This document shows positions 35,348 through 45,300 of a stretch of 64,000 bases of DNA, one piece after another. The notes below the pieces were generated by a model. The model was given only the letters and a program-made list of their open reading frames with translations, did no database searches and had not been told where the DNA came from. Location: positions 103,416,001 through 103,480,000 of the forward strand of contig CM097886.1 of NCBI GenBank assembly GCA_044892525.1. The letters run 5' to 3'. Made by a program: the position numbers and the translations under genes. The stretch comes from Schmidtea polychroa. Taxonomy: Eukaryota. Numbering within the stretch: position 1 is the first letter of the stretch; every line of letters begins with the position of its first letter.

Positions 35348-35746
35348 ATGAATCTTATTTCGAAAAATCCTAAACCTAAACGTCAAACCCGTCAAACCCG
35401 TAAAACCCGTAAAAAAGTAGTTAAAAATCATCGCAGTTTTCCATTTTTTAATGCATTGTTAAAGGCCCCGAGTATGAAAAGAATGAATATATTGCAATCA
35501 TTCCCAAATTTTGTTGTCGATGATTTACTCAATATTATACTTAAAGTAGTCAAAGGCAAAATTAAAATCAGTAAATCAAAAAAGCATTTATTGAGCAAAC
35601 ATAGGAAACCTTTGTTATCATTAGTAAATAATAAAAATCGTAAGCAAATGAGGAAAATTATATATAAACAACAAGGTGGATTTATTGGTGCATTGATACC
35701 TCTGGCATTATCATTATTAGGTGGAGTTGTAGGAAATCAATCATAA
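35348..35746 (+). CDS. Basic Maverick structural protein with a QQGG|F cleavage-like site and C-terminal hydrophobic helix
   Basis: K/R-rich body ending KQQGGFIGALIPLALSLLGGVV. A QxGGF-type gene upstream of the integrase is a common Maverick arrangement. Confidence 0.75.
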   Translation: MNLISKNPKPKRQTRQTRKTRKKVVKNHRSFPFFNALLKAPSMKRMNILQSFPNFVVDDLLNIILKVVKGKIKISKSKKHLLSKHRKPLLSLVNNKNRKQMRKIIYKQQGGFIGALIPLALSLLGGVVGNQS

Positions 35747-35749
35747 ACA

Positions 35750-35977
35750 ATGGGTGCTAATCCTTCATTGCCCGACATTAAATTTAATTTTAAATCTTCT
35801 TGTTGTAATGGAGAAGATTTGGACGAACCCAGAAGACAAAGCCGGTTTCGGTGGAGTGGAAAAATTAAAGAAAAGAGTTCCGAATTCGAAAAAAGAAACC
35901 CAGGAGTGGTTATCAGATCAGCTTGCGTACAGTTTGAACAAACCAATGCGGAAAAGATTTCCAACAAGAGCGTATAA
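35750..35977 (+). CDS. Overprinted 75-aa ORF with an N-myristoylation-type start (MGANPS)
   Basis: ATG lies 3 nt after the previous stop and fits the MGxxxS consensus. It overlaps the integrase 5' end in another frame. Confidence 0.4.
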   Translation: MGANPSLPDIKFNFKSSCCNGEDLDEPRRQSRFRWSGKIKEKSSEFEKRNPGVVIRSACVQFEQTNAEKISNKSV

Positions 35978-36854
35978 AACATTTGGTATTGATGATTTAT
36001 GGCAAATGGATTTGATGGAGATGATACTTTATTCGAAAATTAACAATGGGAATAAATATATTTTAACATGTATTAATGTATACAGCAGGTTTGCACGAGC
36101 AATACCAGTCAAGGCAAAATCTGCAGAAGAAATGTCCAAGGCAATTAATATTTTATTTAAAGATGGACATCCTAATAACTTGCAAACAGATTTAGGTATT
36201 ATTATTATTATTATTATTATTTTAGGTAAAGAATTCTATAATAGCAAAGTTAAGCAAATTCTCGATAAACTGAAAATAAATCACTACTCGGTACATTCTC
36301 AATACAAAGCTGCCCATGTTGAAAGATTTAATCGAACATTGAGAGATAGATTAAAGAAATTGTTCGTGCATCAAGGTAATAAAAAATGGGTAAATGTATT
36401 ACCGAAAATAATAACAAGTTATAATCATTCATCACATCGAGGACTGAATGGATTGAGACCGGTTGATATTACATCAAAAACATCATTGACTTCTAAAAAA
36501 TCTGTAAAAATTGCAAAACCTAAATATAAAGTTGGTGACCATGTTAGAATTAGTAAAATTAGTGCATCACCATTTATTAAAAATTTTGATACAAATTGGA
36601 GTGATGAAGTCTTTGTAATTTCAAAAATAAATACTAAACAGAATCCTGTAATGTATGTCATCAAAGATAATGATAATAATATTGTACAGGGGAAATTTTA
36701 TGAGCAGGAATTACAAGTCATTCCTCCCCCAAAAGTATTTAGAATTCAAAAAATATTGAAAACTAAAAAAGTCGGCAAGGATAAACAATACTATGTCAAA
36801 TGGCATGGTTATCAAAACCCGTCATGGATATCAGCAAAAGATCTAGTAAAGTGA
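35808..36854 (+). CDS. Maverick retroviral-like (RVE, DDE) integrase with a C-terminal chromo-like domain; probable 30-nt intron at 36196-36225
   Basis: WQMDLMEM (D), LQTDL^GKEF (D), KAAHVERFNRTLR (E), YKVGDHVRI, GKFYEQEL and YYVKWHGY. The likely start is MEKIWTNP at 35808. Confidence 0.93.
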   Translation: MEKIWTNPEDKAGFGGVEKLKKRVPNSKKETQEWLSDQLAYSLNKPMRKRFPTRAYKTFGIDDLWQMDLMEMILYSKINNGNKYILTCINVYSRFARAIPVKAKSAEEMSKAINILFKDGHPNNLQTDLGIIIIIIIILGKEFYNSKVKQILDKLKINHYSVHSQYKAAHVERFNRTLRDRLKKLFVHQGNKKWVNVLPKIITSYNHSSHRGLNGLRPVDITSKTSLTSKKSVKIAKPKYKVGDHVRISKISASPFIKNFDTNWSDEVFVISKINTKQNPVMYVIKDNDNNIVQGKFYEQELQVIPPPKVFRIQKILKTKKVGKDKQYYVKWHGYQNPSWISAKDLVK

Positions 36855-37873
36855 ATTTTTATACTATTTTGCCGAGCAATAGTTGCCCATTAATTCATCC
36901 AGACAATCAAGCCAGTAAATTTATGGTCAATCTCCAGAATCCGATTTCTTTAAATGGTGACTGGGAAGTTGCACTGCAAGATTTTACATTCGTGTACAAT
37001 ACATTCCCATTTTATAGTCAATGTAAGATTGATTTCAAAAGGAATATTGTGAAAACATGTAGCGGTATCTTTGTTATCAGTAATTATGATAAAACATATC
37101 ACATTCCGAATCAAATTTTAGATTCGCATTGCTATATGTTTTACAAGGATGGATTAAATATCAGTTGTGATTTTAAACCATTTACAATAACATTCGAAAC
37201 TATTGAAGATGCCAAACGAATGGGTTGCAATAAGTTGAAAAATATTATTACGGAGACCGAGTATTTATTACGTTTTAAGATATTTGAAGCAAACAGTATA
37301 GTGAAAGAAGAAATCAAAATATCTGCGTCGTATAATGATGAAGTTGAAGAATCATTCACCTTTGCTGATGAATTATATTTTGATAAACTTGATGTATTAC
37401 TTAAATATTTAAAGTTCAATTGTTCACACATATTTAAAAATTTGGAAATTGTGAAAGATTTGATGTTTACCTTCATTTTGAATGATGATATTTGCGAAGT
37501 TACATTTGATAAAAATTTGGCAAATTCACTTGGATTAGATAAGCAAAAATATCGAGAAAAATCGACTGGTATACGCAAACCAAGAATACTAGAACATCAT
37601 CAACAAATGTTCATATATACTAACATTATTGAACCCATAATTGTTGGTGATTCCAGTGTTCCTCTTTTGAAATCGGTATGGATTGGAAAATATGAACATG
37701 ATGAAGTTGTCAATATAAATATCGATAATCCCATGTATTTACCAATAGCAAGTTCATGTATAAACAATATAGAAATAAATATTCGTGATGATAGTGGAAA
37801 ACTTATAAACTTTCCAAAAGGTTCAAAAACTCATTTGACATTACATTTTCGTAAAGTAGATGGCAAATTCTGA
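36824..37873 (+). CDS. Minor capsid protein (penton, single jelly roll)
   Basis: FYTILPSNS...NPISLNGDWEVAL N-terminus and IYTNIIEP..VGDSSVPLLK...IEINIRDDSG...LTLHFRK C-terminus are typical of the Maverick minor capsid protein. Confidence 0.88.
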   Translation: MDISKRSSKVNFYTILPSNSCPLIHPDNQASKFMVNLQNPISLNGDWEVALQDFTFVYNTFPFYSQCKIDFKRNIVKTCSGIFVISNYDKTYHIPNQILDSHCYMFYKDGLNISCDFKPFTITFETIEDAKRMGCNKLKNIITETEYLLRFKIFEANSIVKEEIKISASYNDEVEESFTFADELYFDKLDVLLKYLKFNCSHIFKNLEIVKDLMFTFILNDDICEVTFDKNLANSLGLDKQKYREKSTGIRKPRILEHHQQMFIYTNIIEPIIVGDSSVPLLKSVWIGKYEHDEVVNINIDNPMYLPIASSCINNIEINIRDDSGKLINFPKGSKTHLTLHFRKVDGKF

Positions 37874-38228
37874 TATTATTAGTATGTATAGTGGTAGCCA
37901 ATCTGGCGGTGAATTACCATATTTTATTGGTAAACAGTACGGATCGGGATGGTTGAGAACAATTGGTAGATTTGCATTGCCTATTCTTAAACGTATTGGT
38001 AGTTTTGGTATGAAAACTGCAAAAGATGTTATTATGAATGAACAGAAAATATTACCATCTCTAAAAACAAATGCTTTAGCTGAATTAGGTAAAGTTTTAC
38101 CGGGGGTTGCAGGTATGTTTCAAAAAGAAAAATCTCCAGCTCCAGCTCCTGTTCCAAAACGTAAAAGACACGGAATATCACGTATAAACAAACGAATGAA
38201 AGGACATGGAACTATATTTGCAAAATGA
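37860..38228 (+). CDS. Conserved Maverick protein with QSGG/QYGSG motifs and an amphipathic helix (candidate membrane-lytic / core protein)
   Basis: SQSGGELPYFIGKQYGSGWLRTIGRFALPILKRIG; lies between penton and hexon. Confidence 0.75.
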   Translation: MANSDIISMYSGSQSGGELPYFIGKQYGSGWLRTIGRFALPILKRIGSFGMKTAKDVIMNEQKILPSLKTNALAELGKVLPGVAGMFQKEKSPAPAPVPKRKRHGISRINKRMKGHGTIFAK

Positions 38229-39448
38229 TTTGTGGTAAATCTGAATTATGTATATTTGATAGACCATCGCCTCAAGCGGTAATTGAATTTGGGGCGTTTG
38301 AGGAAGTTTTTCCTATGAATTCAATTACCGATAGTAGAAATGATATAGAGTTTTATATTAATGGTTCGCAAACTGAATATTTAGATTTGAACGATACTTT
38401 ATTGACTGTTCAGATCAAGGTTGTAGATAAAGATAGAAAAGTTTTGGATGCCAATGCAGATGTAATACCGAACAATTTCCTGTTTCATACTCTGTTTAAA
38501 GATGCAGTGTTGGGATTTAATAATATAAAGATTGAGGGTGGAAATAATACATTCATTCACAAAGCTTTAATAGAAACTATTTTAAATTACAATTCCGATA
38601 CTAAAAATACATGTCTTACTCCAATGGGTTATGCAGCAGCAGATGATGAAAGAAAAAAGTGGGTTAAAGGCTCAAAGGTTTTCACCATGTGCTCATCATT
38701 ACAACTCGATTTTATGGATCAACCGAAATATTTACTACCGGGAGTTAATGTACATATTAGACTGAAAAGGTCTGATTCTGCATTATCTCTTACTAGTGCA
38801 ATTGGTGCACCAATATGTCAATTAGTTGATGCAAAATTATTGGTGAGAAGAGTTCGAGTAGACCCGTCAGTATTAGCTGGTCATCAATTAGGTCTTAATT
38901 CAAAACATGCAATTTATCCATTAAAAACAAAGGAAATTGTACAATTCGCTATTGCTAAAGGTGCTTCATCATTCTATAAAGAACAAATATTTGGTGATAG
39001 AAGAATGCCTAATTTTATTCTGATAACATTTCAAAGTGAAACACAATATAATGGATCATATACTGCGTCCAGTTCAATTTTCAAAAACTTTGGTGTTACA
39101 TCATTGACTTTGTCGAAAAATACTGATTATAGAGAAACATATATTCAAGATTTCGAGAATGACAATTACTGTGCGACATATATGCAGAGTATTGTTAGAA
39201 ATCTGGGTTATTTAGATAAAAATTTGAATTGTGGAATAACTCTAGAAGAATTTAAAACCAAATACCCATTTTTTACATTTGTTTTAGCCCCCGATTTTGA
39301 TTTAAATCAGAGTCAATTACCCCAAAATGGAAATTTACGACTGGATATAAAGTTTGCAAAAGCAATTACTGAACCAGTCCATGTAATAATCTATGGAGTA
39401 TTTGAAAATGAAGTTCAAATTACTGCAAATAGAACAGTGTTGGTATAA
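38225..39448 (+). CDS. Major capsid protein (hexon, double jelly roll)
   Basis: 407 aa. SELCIFD...IEFYINGS..EYLDLNDTLL, QPKYLLPGVNVHIRLKRS, and GNLRLDIKFA are characteristic of the Maverick MCP. Confidence 0.9.
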   Translation: MICGKSELCIFDRPSPQAVIEFGAFEEVFPMNSITDSRNDIEFYINGSQTEYLDLNDTLLTVQIKVVDKDRKVLDANADVIPNNFLFHTLFKDAVLGFNNIKIEGGNNTFIHKALIETILNYNSDTKNTCLTPMGYAAADDERKKWVKGSKVFTMCSSLQLDFMDQPKYLLPGVNVHIRLKRSDSALSLTSAIGAPICQLVDAKLLVRRVRVDPSVLAGHQLGLNSKHAIYPLKTKEIVQFAIAKGASSFYKEQIFGDRRMPNFILITFQSETQYNGSYTASSSIFKNFGVTSLTLSKNTDYRETYIQDFENDNYCATYMQSIVRNLGYLDKNLNCGITLEEFKTKYPFFTFVLAPDFDLNQSQLPQNGNLRLDIKFAKAITEPVHVIIYGVFENEVQITANRTVLV

Positions 39449-39475
39449 ATGTGTACAGAAATATAGAAAGTTGTC

Positions 39476-39859
39476 ATGGAGTAAGTTTTTTGATACTATT
39501 TAATTTATTAAAGTAGTTCTGTTCAGGTTAATCGAATTGGAAAACAGATATTGGGAAATGAATTTGTAGGAGTTTTTCCTCTCGATAAAATTCCATATTT
39601 GAGAAATAATCAAGCCATAATCGTCAATACTCAATCGTCTCATCTTGGTGGAGAACATTGGATAGCTATATACGTGAAACCTAGTAATATATTCGTATTC
39701 GATCCTATGGGTTTTTATTACCCGGCTTTATTGATATCAAAACTGCAAACAATGGGGAAACCTATTATGTATAATAAAACTATGTTTCAAAATCCATTGA
39801 CCCAAACATGTGGTCAACATTGTTTAGCTTGGTTGTTGTATAAAAAATTTGATGTTTAA
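39476..39859 (+). CDS. Adenain-like cysteine maturation protease, 115 aa; exons 39476-39480, 39517-39859
   Basis: ATGGA|gtaagt...aagtag|TTCT gives MDSVQVNRIGKQILGNEFVGVFP. Catalytic GEHW, FDPMG and QTCGQHC are present. Confidence 0.9.
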
Positions 39860-40167
39860 TAAATGTATATAGNNNNNNNNNNNNNNNNNNNNNNNNNNNN
39901 NNNNNNNNNNNNNNNNNNNNNNNNNNNNNNNNNNNNNNNNNNNNNNNNNNNNNNNNNNNNNNNNNNNNNNNNNNNNNNNNNNNNNNNNNNNNNNNNNNNN
40001 NNNNNNNNNNNTATTTTATTTAAATTTATTATTATTTCGAAAAATATTATTATTATTTTTGTCATAAAGACATCACATGCCTGGAGCATGCACAGTGCAT
40101 CTTAACAAAGTCGTGACTAATAAAGACAGTCACATGAAAAATAAGAAGGCATGTGTAGACGCAATGT

Positions 40168-40258
40168 GATTGGTTAAGAGAGTAAAATATTTAGTTTATA
40201 TATATGTGTGTCTAAATTCTGATTGGCTGGGACAGGAAATTTTCATTTTCTTTATAAA
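40168..40258 (+). promoter_or_regulatory. Pol II promoter candidate: two reverse CCAAT boxes and a TATA box
   Basis: GATTGG at 40168 and 40221, TATAAA at 40253, about 85 nt upstream of the ATG at 40341. Confidence 0.45.
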
Positions 40259-40340
40259 CATTCACAAATTCCAAATTTGTCACTTTTAAAAAATATTTAT
40301 TTACAAATTTGCAAACAAAACAATTATCAACAATTTCAAA

Positions 40341-40893
40341 ATGAATAATCAAAATAATATTTTAAAAGCAATGTTGGCTGGAGAAAACGGTAAATTTTTT
40401 TTTTCTTTTATTTATTATTATTTTATTCACATTTAGCTAATTTATGGTACGAAGTTACCGAAACAGAAAATAATATGGACGATGCCCCAATTATTATTAG
40501 TGACGATGATGATGGTAAATTAAATTATTTATTTATTAAATTATTAAAATTTAGATGAAATTAATCTTATGGAAGATAATGAAATTATTATTATAACCGA
40601 TGATGAAGAAATCATTATTAGTGATGACAGTGGTAAGTTTTATATTATTTATTAAATATATTTAAAAAGGAACTTCAGATAATGAAACAAATGTAGTTAA
40701 AAATGAAGGAGTAATTAATAATATCGTCGATGATGCCCCCACAGATATTGGAAATGTCGTCAATGAATCTGATGCATCCACATTTATTGCAAATGCAGTT
40801 GATGATTCTGATGCCCCCACTGATATTGGGGATGCCCCTATGCGGGATGAATTAGAAGATGATTCTGATTCCGATATGGAATGGAAATGTTAG
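40341..40893 (+). CDS. Spliced acidic protein with three SUMO-interacting-motif-like sites, ~139 aa; exons 40341-40389, 40437-40514, 40555-40632, 40679-40893
   Basis: Not in the ORF track. Three phase-1 GT-AG introns (47, 40, 46 nt) give an open frame: ...DAPIIISDDDD|DEINL...EIIIITDDEEIIISDDS|DNET...DMEWKC*. Confidence 0.75.
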
Positions 40894-41319
40894 CATTTTT
40901 TAATTTATTTTTTATAATATTTAACAAATTTTTACTAAAACACTTCGTTAAATGTATTAATTTAAATGATTAATTATTCAAAAACTTTATTTGATAAGTA
41001 ATTAAATCTTTATAAATCATAAATTGATAATAATATTTTAACAAATTAATACATGTNNNNNNNNNNNNNNNNNNNNNNNNNNNNNNNNNNNNNNNNNNNN
41101 NNNNNNNNNNNNNNNNNNNNNNNNNNNNNNNNNNNNNNNNNNNNNNNNNNNNNNNNNNNNNNNNNNNNNNNNNNNNNNNNNNNNNNNNNNNNNNNNNNNN
41201 NNNNNNNNNNNNNNNNNNNNNNNNNNNNNNNNNNNNNNNNNNNNNNNNNNNNNNNNNNNNNNNNNNNNNNNNNNNNNNNNNNNNNNNNNNNNNNNNNNNN
41301 NNNNNNNNNNNNNNNNNNN

Positions 41320-41354
41320 TAGCTTGTAGTGAGCATGCATCTACATCTCTTCTC

Positions 41355-41440
<86 letters not shown>

Positions 41441-41545
41441 GCCCCAAATAAATGTAGCTTGCAGTGAGCATGCATCTACATCTCTTCTCATATAATAATA
41501 ATAATTATCCCAATAAAAGTAGTTTGCAGTGAGCATGCATCTACN
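41320..41545 (+). repeat. Hairpin-containing minisatellite interspersed with (AAT)n; recurs upstream of every polB copy
   Basis: The core GTGAGCATGCATCTAC is visible 8 times (41.3-41.5, 46.6-46.8, 54.3, 61.8-62.0 kb). The rest is masked. Confidence 0.85.
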
Positions 41546-42080
41546 NNNNNNNNNNNNNNNNNNNNNNNNNNNNNNNNNNNNNNNNNNNNNNNNNNNNNNN
41601 NNNNNNNNNNNNNNNNNNNNNNNNNNNNNNNNNNNNNNNNNNNNNNNNNNNNNNNNNNNNNNNNNNNNNNNNNNATATCTTTCACATAGTTAGCATTCAG
41701 CATGCGACTACCAACCTATGATATTAATAATATTAATAATAATTCATATGATTCATTTTAGTTTACAATTACCAATTTCAGATTATTTTACAATTATTAA
41801 TATTTATTTCATTTTTACGGTTTTTTTTTATTAGAAATGAAATAAATATCAATAACTGTTATAGATTTATAACAATAAATATATAGATATTTTATGTAAA
41901 TTATATTAGTCTAATAAAATGTATTAATTAATGTTATTTTTGAACAAATACAATCGAAATGATATATATATTCAAAAATTTTAGAATGTAATTTAATTAT
42001 TTTTTAAAAATTTATTAGGCAAACTATATCAACGATATTGTCAATCCTCAATTGGACATAGCTCTGCATGCCATAAAGTA

Positions 42081-42269
42081 ATGAAGCTTTACTATGGTCA
42101 TAGATTCTATGGCACCAACTTTTTTATTTGCCCCAAATGCGAAACTGCCCAAGATTTAAAATACATAGATTTTTATAAGGGGCATTACACCCACTTAAAT
42201 CAATTTGTATTGAATAAAAAGACCCTTTTTAATATAATTTATGCGAAAACTAATAAGAATAATAATACA

Positions 42270-42349
<80 letters not shown>

Positions 42350-45300
42350 TAATAACAGAAATAATAGAAATAATAATAATACCAATAACAGAAATAATAA
42401 TACAAATAACCGAAATAATACAAATAATAATGATTCAAATAATGGAAATAGTACATATAATAATAATATTACAAATAATGGAAATATTAATAATACAAAT
42501 AATAGAAATATAGATAATACAAATAATAATACAAATAATAATACAAATAATAATAATAATAATACAAATAATAATACAAATAATCGAAATAATAAAAAAT
42601 CTAAAAGACCTGCTGTAAATACTGTTCCGTGTATCCCTACTAAAATTATAAAATTATCAACCATCGTGATAAGTGATGATGAATCTGAATTATTAAATAC
42701 CCAAATAGGGGGTTCGATAAACAATATAGAAAATATTCAAATAGATATAAATGATGAACCTGAAATAGAGATAGATTTAAAGGGTTCCCGTAAAAATATT
42801 CGATTTGATTTAGAACATAAAAACTTAATTCAAATCTCCCTTACGGATAAAATTATAAATAAAATTAATGTGGAAATTGAAAAGATGGGATCTGTAAAAG
42901 TCCAGTTTACAGTTCTTATTCAATTTGAAAAAGATGGAGAAATTAAAGATAATTTCTTTTCAAATAGTGCGAGTGTTTTTTCCGACAATTTTCTTATCGA
43001 TGGTGTGAGTCGATTAAATGAGAAAATTGAAAAATTTACTTATTTAGGTAGCGGATGGAGGGTTGTAAAGATTAAGGAACTTGATTTTATTTTGACCACA
43101 TTTTACCCTATAAGTCGATTAGCTGGCCATAGTTTTATACCTACACCAGCGGCAATATATAAAAAGAAAGCAATTGTAAATGTAAGAAACAATGATAATG
43201 CTTGTTTTATATATAGTGTTTTATCACTATTAAAGCGTGATATAATTTTAAATCACAGGGAGCGTGTTTCCAATTATACTAATTACTTAGACGAACTAAA
43301 TTATGATCCCATTACTGATTGCCCAATGAGGTTATGCAACATCCCGAAATTTGAAAGAAATAACATAGATTTAAAATTGGCAATCAATGTTTTTGAATAT
43401 AAACCCACAATAACAGGGAATAAAATAAATAATGATATAGATTATGTACCTCATCATCCACACCTAAATATAATTCATAGATCTAAGGTTACCGAAGGGA
43501 ATCCTATTAATCTTTTACTCCTACAAGACGGTGATAATTATCATTACACCGCAATTTTTAATTTAAACCGATTAATGAATGGTCATTCAACCATCGAATG
43601 TAATACTAGAATTAGAGTTAGATGGTGCCCTCATTGTTTAAATGGTTTTTATCGGGTCAAAACTTTTAAGGTACATGTTGCATTGTGCGCTAAAAATCAA
43701 ATAGGAACCACCCTTTACACGCTCCCTAAAAATAAAAATTTAACGTTTAAAGATTATTCAAAGATGATTACCCCACCGTTCGTAATATACGCGGACTTTG
43801 AGGCTATTTTACCTGGGGATATAAATCATCACCAAATACACAAGCCAATAACAGCAGGTCTATTATTAATTAACAATTACACTAACACAACATCATATTT
43901 TAATTTTATAGGCTTGGAATGTGTTTTTGAATTTTTAAAGAAGGTGGAGGAAATTGCTGTCACAATTGTCCTCCCGTATTATGAAATTCATGGTAGAAAA
44001 TTCATCAATACTCTGTCTTTCAATGAGGAACGGGAGTTCAACAACTGTAGGACTTGTTATCTCTGTAAACATTTTATAAAGGATAAGGTTAAGGACCATG
44101 ATCATTTCACAGGTAAGTATCTTGGTGCTGCCTGTAGAAATTGCAATGTTTCTAGGAGAATAAACAAACAGGGGTATGACTTACATCACATTTTAAAGTA
44201 TGGTTTGAATGATTTTCCATCTTGGAAATTAAATATCATTCCGACCACCACTGAAAAATTTATATCCTTGATTGTAAATATTAACAAATTGACTGTTCGT
44301 TTTATCGACAGTATGCAATTTGTTAACTCATCGTTAGCAAAGGCAGTTAAAACTCTTTCAGATTTACCTTTAACTTCGTCTGTTTTTGATGGTAGTATTG
44401 TGAGAGCAAAGGGCATATTTCCTTACGACTTTGCAACATCACTCGAAATTCTTGAATCTACTCATGAATTACCACCGATTTGGAGTTCTGTATCTAATGA
44501 AGAATATGCTATCGCCCAAGAAATCTGGGTTCAGCAAAATTGCGAAACAATGTTAGACTATATGTTAACGTACCTTAAATTGGACGTATTCCTCTTGGCA
44601 GATTATTTTCAGCAATTCCGTGCCAAAGCAATTGCTTATAACGGCCTTGAACCTCTAAACTTCTATGGAATTCCAGGTATGTCATGGGCGTCAGCACTCA
44701 TGACATTACAGGAACCTATAGAAGTTCTACAGGATATGGAAATGTATAATTTCTACGAAGGTGGAATACGGGGCGGGTTAACATTTGTTAACAAACATTA
44801 TGTAGCAAGTTCTGAAGATACAGAACTTTTGTATATAGATATAAATAATTTATATGGTTGGGCTCTTAGCCAAAATCTTCCGTATGGTGACTTTGTTTGG
44901 GTGTATGAAAATCTGAATGATGTGTTGAGTGAATGCGTGAATGCCGATATTGAAAACCTTCCATATGGTTATACTATGGAAGTAGACATCAATATCCCTA
45001 ATCGTGTGCATGAATATTTGAATGATTTTCCGCTTGCTCCTGAAAAAATGTGTCCACCTAATTCAAAGGTTGAGAAGCTTATGCTCACGCATTGGCCTAA
45101 GAAGAACCATGTTCTTCATTGGCGGCTTCTCAAGCTGTATATAGAATTAGGTGCGGAAGTTGAGCATGTACATAGAGCAATTAAATTTAAACAATCAACA
45201 ATTTTCAAAACATATATAGATCGAAATACTAATTTACGTTCAAAATCAACATGTGAACTGTATAGAGATCTATATAAATTATTCAATAATAGTCTCTATG

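Noticed and set aside
42239-42724. Poly-Leu/Ile/Tyr ORFs in other frames and strands over polB N-termini and spacers
   Set aside because: These are translations of (AAT)n microsatellites, not independent genes.
44108-44170. CAG|GTAAGT ... TAG as an intron in polB
   Set aside because: The interval encodes the conserved GKYLGAACxxCN zinc-binding motif, so it is exon.
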